DNA from: Octopus vulgaris
Lineage: Eukaryota
Assembly (NCBI GenBank): GCA_951406725.2
Contig: OX597814.1
Coordinates: forward strand, 121,582,001 to 121,646,000
Reading direction: 5' to 3'
Length of the DNA: 64,000 nt
Positions 59,493 through 64,000 of the stretch are shown piece after piece. The notes beneath the pieces were generated by a model that saw only the letters and a program-made list of their open reading frames with translations, ran no database searches and was not told where the DNA came from. Both the position numbers and the translations under genes were made by a program. The stretch's first letter is position 1. Each line of letters opens with the position of its first letter.

Positions 59493-59980
59493 TACCAACA
59501 TTTTAGCCACTTTCTAAAGTCATATAATATTATGAAAAGGGTTATATTTCTAGAAGGAATCAGGGTTCTGTCTATTGAAGTTGTTGGAGAATTATGCATG
59601 TATGTACTGTATGTACTGTATATATGTAGCAAAAACTCACATACTTCTATATACGTATTTGTTTGTATAATCGTGTGTGATTTGCGGGTTGCTTATATTT
59701 CGTGTTTTACCTGTCTATCCATCCCATCAGATCAATACACTTGTGACGAAAATATACTGCAGTAGAGCTAAGTATTGTTAATTCTCCAATAACATCAACA
59801 AAAACTCCACCTTGAAATTTTCTAGAAACATAACTCCATTCACAACTGTGTATGTGACTTTAAAACATGGTTGAAGTGTTGGTACCAAATTGTCTGCAAG
59901 TTGAATAATTATTTATGACTCATATTCTACATGTAATACGAATAAAAGCTTCCGACATCTAGGTCAAAATATCAACTAAT

Positions 59981-60068
<88 letters not shown>

Positions 60069-60464
60069 TGTATGTATGTATGTATGTATGTATATATGTA
60101 TGAATGTATGTATGTATGTGTGTGTGTGTATTTGTATACCTTGATAAAGTATCATTACCATTATTAAAAATTAATAATAATAATCATACATCGCTTCCTC
60201 AAACTAGGTATTTGTGCATAAAGAAACAGCAAATTAGTAACAATGTTACACACATTTTAATACACCATGTTTTTCTTTCCTCTTTATATGTAAGGTGGTT
60301 CTGTTAATTTTAATGGTGATACCTTTCAAGAGGTATTTACTATACAAGTATACTCACAAAAGATCACAACAAATTCACCATATTTGCAAAGTATGGAACA
60401 CTTCCACGGCTTATGTGTGAATAGATTACATGTGTGCGCGCGCGTGTGTGTGTGGATGTATAAA

Positions 60465-60535
<71 letters not shown>

Positions 60536-60569
60536 CATACATATATATAAATATATATATATGTATATA

Positions 60570-61334
60570 TATCAGGTCCAAAATGAAACGACTGATTTTG
60601 AACTTAAAGTTTATTTAACTTTATCTCAACAAAAAGCAATGCAGTTAATCAAGGTATGCACCTAAATTTTCAACACGATTTCACCATTTTACCGGTAGCT
60701 TATTTCTGTCGGTAGCAAAGAATTCTGGAGTGCAAGAGGTGATGAAATCACGAAAAACTGTTTTTGTATCTTCAAATTTGAAGTTTTTGCTTTGCAAAAA
60801 GTTGTCTAGTGCATTGAAAACGTGATAGTCAGTTGGTGCAAGGTCTGGTGAACATGGCGGATGACAGAGTACTTCCAAGTTCATTTCCTCTATCTTGAAT
60901 AGCATTCTTTGTGCAGCATGTGATCTAGCATTGTATTGCAAGAGAATTTGCCTATCTCTATTGACCAATCTCGCACATCATTACATCCAATTGACATATA
61001 CACCCGATGTTGTTGACTTAAGAGTTCTCGTGAAGCTGTAGTGGATAACACTAGCGCTGGATCACCAAAAATATCCATTAGCTTTTTTGATGAATATTCT
61101 TTATTTAGATTGTGTTTTGGCACTTCTTCTCTATCCAACCATTGTGCCGAACACTTGCTATTGTTCAAAAGAATCCATCATTATTCACCTTCGTCTCTGG
61201 CCTACTACGGGGCTGATCTTCAAGAATAAAGTCAGACCGTTACTTCTCCAATCATCGACGTCCAGTACGCTCATTCGCTACACCTTCACCAAACACCTGA
61301 TTGATGTTTCGAACTCTTTGAGATTCAATTGTTC
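60570..61334 (-). mobile_element. Decayed, internally deleted mariner (Tc1/mariner, DD34D-type) DNA transposon
   Basis: ORF 60681-60968 reads ILLQYNARSH..LEVLCHPPCSPDLAPTDYHVF, matching the HDNARPH and HPPYSPDLAP motifs. ORF 60890-61168 reads SAQWLDREEVPKH..KKLM. Frameshifts present. A TIR-like TA|TCAGGTC end at ~60570 sits in a (TA)n tract. Confidence 0.92.
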
Positions 61335-61409
61335 CACGACGGAATTCATATTCATAAAGGCAGAATTGTGGTTGGTAATAAGCTACTTACCACACAGCCA
61401 TTCCTGCGC
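61335..61409 (-). mobile_element. SINE head fragment abutting the mariner remnant
   Basis: tgtggttggtaataagctacttaccacacagccattcctgcgc matches the head of 62092-62416. Confidence 0.7.
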
Positions 61410-61445
61410 GTATATATATATTTCTATATATATATATATGTGTGT

Positions 61446-61489
<44 letters not shown>

Positions 61490-61579
61490 TTGTGTGTGTG
61501 TATGTATATATATATTTTTTTTATTTTATTTTAATTAGTTTCAGCTCACAAGCTGTGGCCATGCTGGGGCACCACCATT

Positions 61580-62035
61580 TGGTGTTGCTACATGATTTTA
61601 CTTCACGAATGCGTTTTAGCAAATGCCATCTGGTGCATGAGAGAGTTCGATGCAGCTGCCCTCATCTGCACCTCCTGCCGTGAAGTTGGTTCATCTGGGA
61701 CACCTGACAAGAAGAGATCCAGTTTCATTTTAAAGACATCTGCATCCACTCCATGCAGGTCTCTTAGGTTTTTCGGGAGGATATTGAAGAGCTGTGGGAC
61801 TCGGAAGCCCATGTTATCACAATATCTTGTCCTACATCTTGATGGCAAATTTGGAGTCCTTGGCACCACGCAGTGGCACCCAGTTCTGGCATTTTTGTAA
61901 CCCTCGATGTCAAAGTTTGGGACAAGTCCTTCTAGGATCTTCCAGATTTATATTATGGCATATCTTTCTCGCATACGCTCTAAGGAATAGAGTCTCAATC
62001 TCTTGAGTCTTTCCCAATAGCTTATATGCTGCACA
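61580..62035 (-). mobile_element. 3' fragment of a CR1-group LINE (ORF2 C-terminus)
   Basis: SYWERLKRLRLYSLERMRERYA..WKILEGLVPNF, continuing to PQLFNILPKNLRDL..FKMKLDLFLSGVPDEP..RAAASNSLMHQ (ORF 61603-61869). Confidence 0.88.
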
Positions 62036-62091
62036 GTGGCAGCATATAAGCATATATATATATATATAATATTCTTTTATTCTTTTATTGT

Positions 62092-62248
62092 TTTATTTGT
62101 TTCAGTCATTTGACTACGGCCACACTGGAGTACCGCCTTTAGTCGAAGAAATCGACCACAGGACTTATTCTATCCGATCTTTTGCCGAACCGCTAATTTA
62201 CGGGGACGTAAACACACCTAGATCAGTTGTCAAGTGATGGTAGGACGG

Positions 62249-62279
<31 letters not shown>

Positions 62280-62416
62280 TATGTCTACTTAATCCACACA
62301 CAAGGCTTTGTTCGGTCCGAGGCTATAGAATACACTTGCCCAAGATGCTACGCGGAGCGACTGGACCCGGAACCATGTGGTTGGTAAGCCAGCGACTTAC
62401 CACACAGCCACTCCTG
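62092..62416 (-). mobile_element. Full-length SINE of the same family as 44221-44600
   Basis: Tail ttcagtcatttgactacggccacactggag, an internal (CA)n, and head cacttgcccaag..ggaaccatgtggttggtaagc..cttaccacacagccactcctg. Confidence 0.88.
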
Positions 62417-64000
62417 TTTGTGTGCATATGCATACAAAGAGGATTGAAAGAGAGTGAAGGCGGGAGGTAAAAAGTGGGAGAGAGTGCTTGAATGTAAATG
62501 TGTATGTCAGTGGGAGGACAAATATATGCGTGATGTCATGCCCAATTAGCCATAAAAAATTCTGCCGTTACACTTTCTCGTCAAGTATTCAGTATATCAA
62601 TTGAATAAAATATCTAAAATGTTTACTTATTCTGTAGAAATATACAAGTTTATTTTATTTGCCCTTTTTATTAATATTCGGGCTTCAGGAATATGGCACT
62701 GTAATTTGCTGATTATTTCCTCATATTTTTTATGTATTATGTATATTTTCGTATTATTTCTGTCAGAAAATTTTAATTGCGTTTATTACACCGGAAACGT
62801 GAGGTGAATCGATAAGGAAAATTTAGTTTCTCCTATTTCTAAATATGCTAATATTTGCCAAAATTAATTCCTAATATGTATTGCCATCTTTGCTACAGTA
62901 TGCAACTTCTCATCATCTGCATCATAGCAGAATTAAATTCCTTTCAGTTACTGAATTCAAATTATCGTTTTAGCGAAATCATTTTATCTCTATAATACAC
63001 GATGAAGTAAATTTATCAAAAAATTGTGATTTATAAATAATCATGTTTATGTATGCATATATCTATATGAAAATGACGTATCTCTTTGCTGATATATTAT
63101 TACATACACACACAAAGAGATGCGCGCGTGTATGTATATATACACGAGCGTGGGTGTATCAATATGTATATTTTATGGCTGTCTCTATAATTGCTGTATA
63201 TTTTTAGGGAAATGCAAACACATTTTGCATACGTTTTCAGAAACATGTAATTTCTGGTAAGCTCCAGAAAAAAGTTTTGAAACAATGCATCTCATGATAT
63301 GAAATCATATTTATTTTTTCATAGATAATTTTTTTTCTTCTAATATAATTCTGATGTCACCTTGGATGTATTATAGAGATCTGTACTAAATTACTACATG
63401 TTTTAACAAACACTGCTGGAATGATAAAAGAATAAAATCAAAATTCGAACTTAGAATGAAATGATACATAACAAAACAAGGCTGGTAGCACTCAGCCATC
63501 TACTGGCTTTCTTTTAAGAACATGACGTTTCGGAATATATATCTGTGTGTGTGAGTGTGCGTGTGTGTATGGGTGTTGTATTTAACTACGATATACATAC
63601 TGTTGACGAGTTGTTTTCTTTCTTTTAACTTTTCCCTTTCCCTTTCCGATGAAGAGCAATTATTTCTCGACAAATATGCTACAAATTACGGTAAAGTCTC
63701 TAGAACTCTAAGAAATAGCATTAAAAGTGAATAATCTTACCAAGGTTGCCAATCTCACACGTGGCAACATGAACACTCATTTCACCATGAATTGAAGATG
63801 AACTACGGCAAGAACTCTTCCCTTTTTTTATGCAAACACCCTAATGCACATATGAACAAAAAGCAGAAGCAAGATAGATATTCCTTTTATCGGACCATTA
63901 GGAGTAGATATCATAGGACATCGCTTTCAAGACCTCAACGGAAATTACCTACAAGAAACTGGGCAAAAAAACGATCTAGATCTGGAAGTGACCCTAGATC

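Noticed and set aside
63646-63675. Hammerhead-like words (ccgatgaagagc..ctcga; similar near 52920 and 12955)
   Set aside because: The catalytic core and stems are incomplete; at most these are decayed Penelope-like ends.

Overview
AT-rich animal genomic DNA, very probably an octopus or other coleoid cephalopod. This is inferred from the SINE families and the extreme (TA)n/(TAA)n density, not from a database match. Almost all ORFs in the supplied track are microsatellite artefacts. The one firm host-gene signal is a minus-strand exon (58917-59057) encoding the pre-M4/M4 segment of an AMPA-like ionotropic glutamate receptor. A probable terminal exon lies about 40 kb downstream (18324-18525), so most of the window is probably intron of this gene. 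The first ~11 kb holds a cluster of 5'-truncated Dong/R4-like restriction-like-endonuclease (RLE) retrotransposon ends and a non-coding partner element, mostly embedded in (TAA)n tracts with a fixed strand polarity. The rest contains tRNA-derived SINEs of three families (including a dimer with its own target-site duplication), a decayed mariner, a CR1-group LINE 3' end and several foldback elements. The most interesting leads are: a GC-type internal donor giving a GluA2/4-like short versus long C-tail choice, a dual-frame terminal exon, the TAA-targeted retroelement system, and intronic dsRNA-forming hairpins. No wholly novel system can be proven from the sequence alone.
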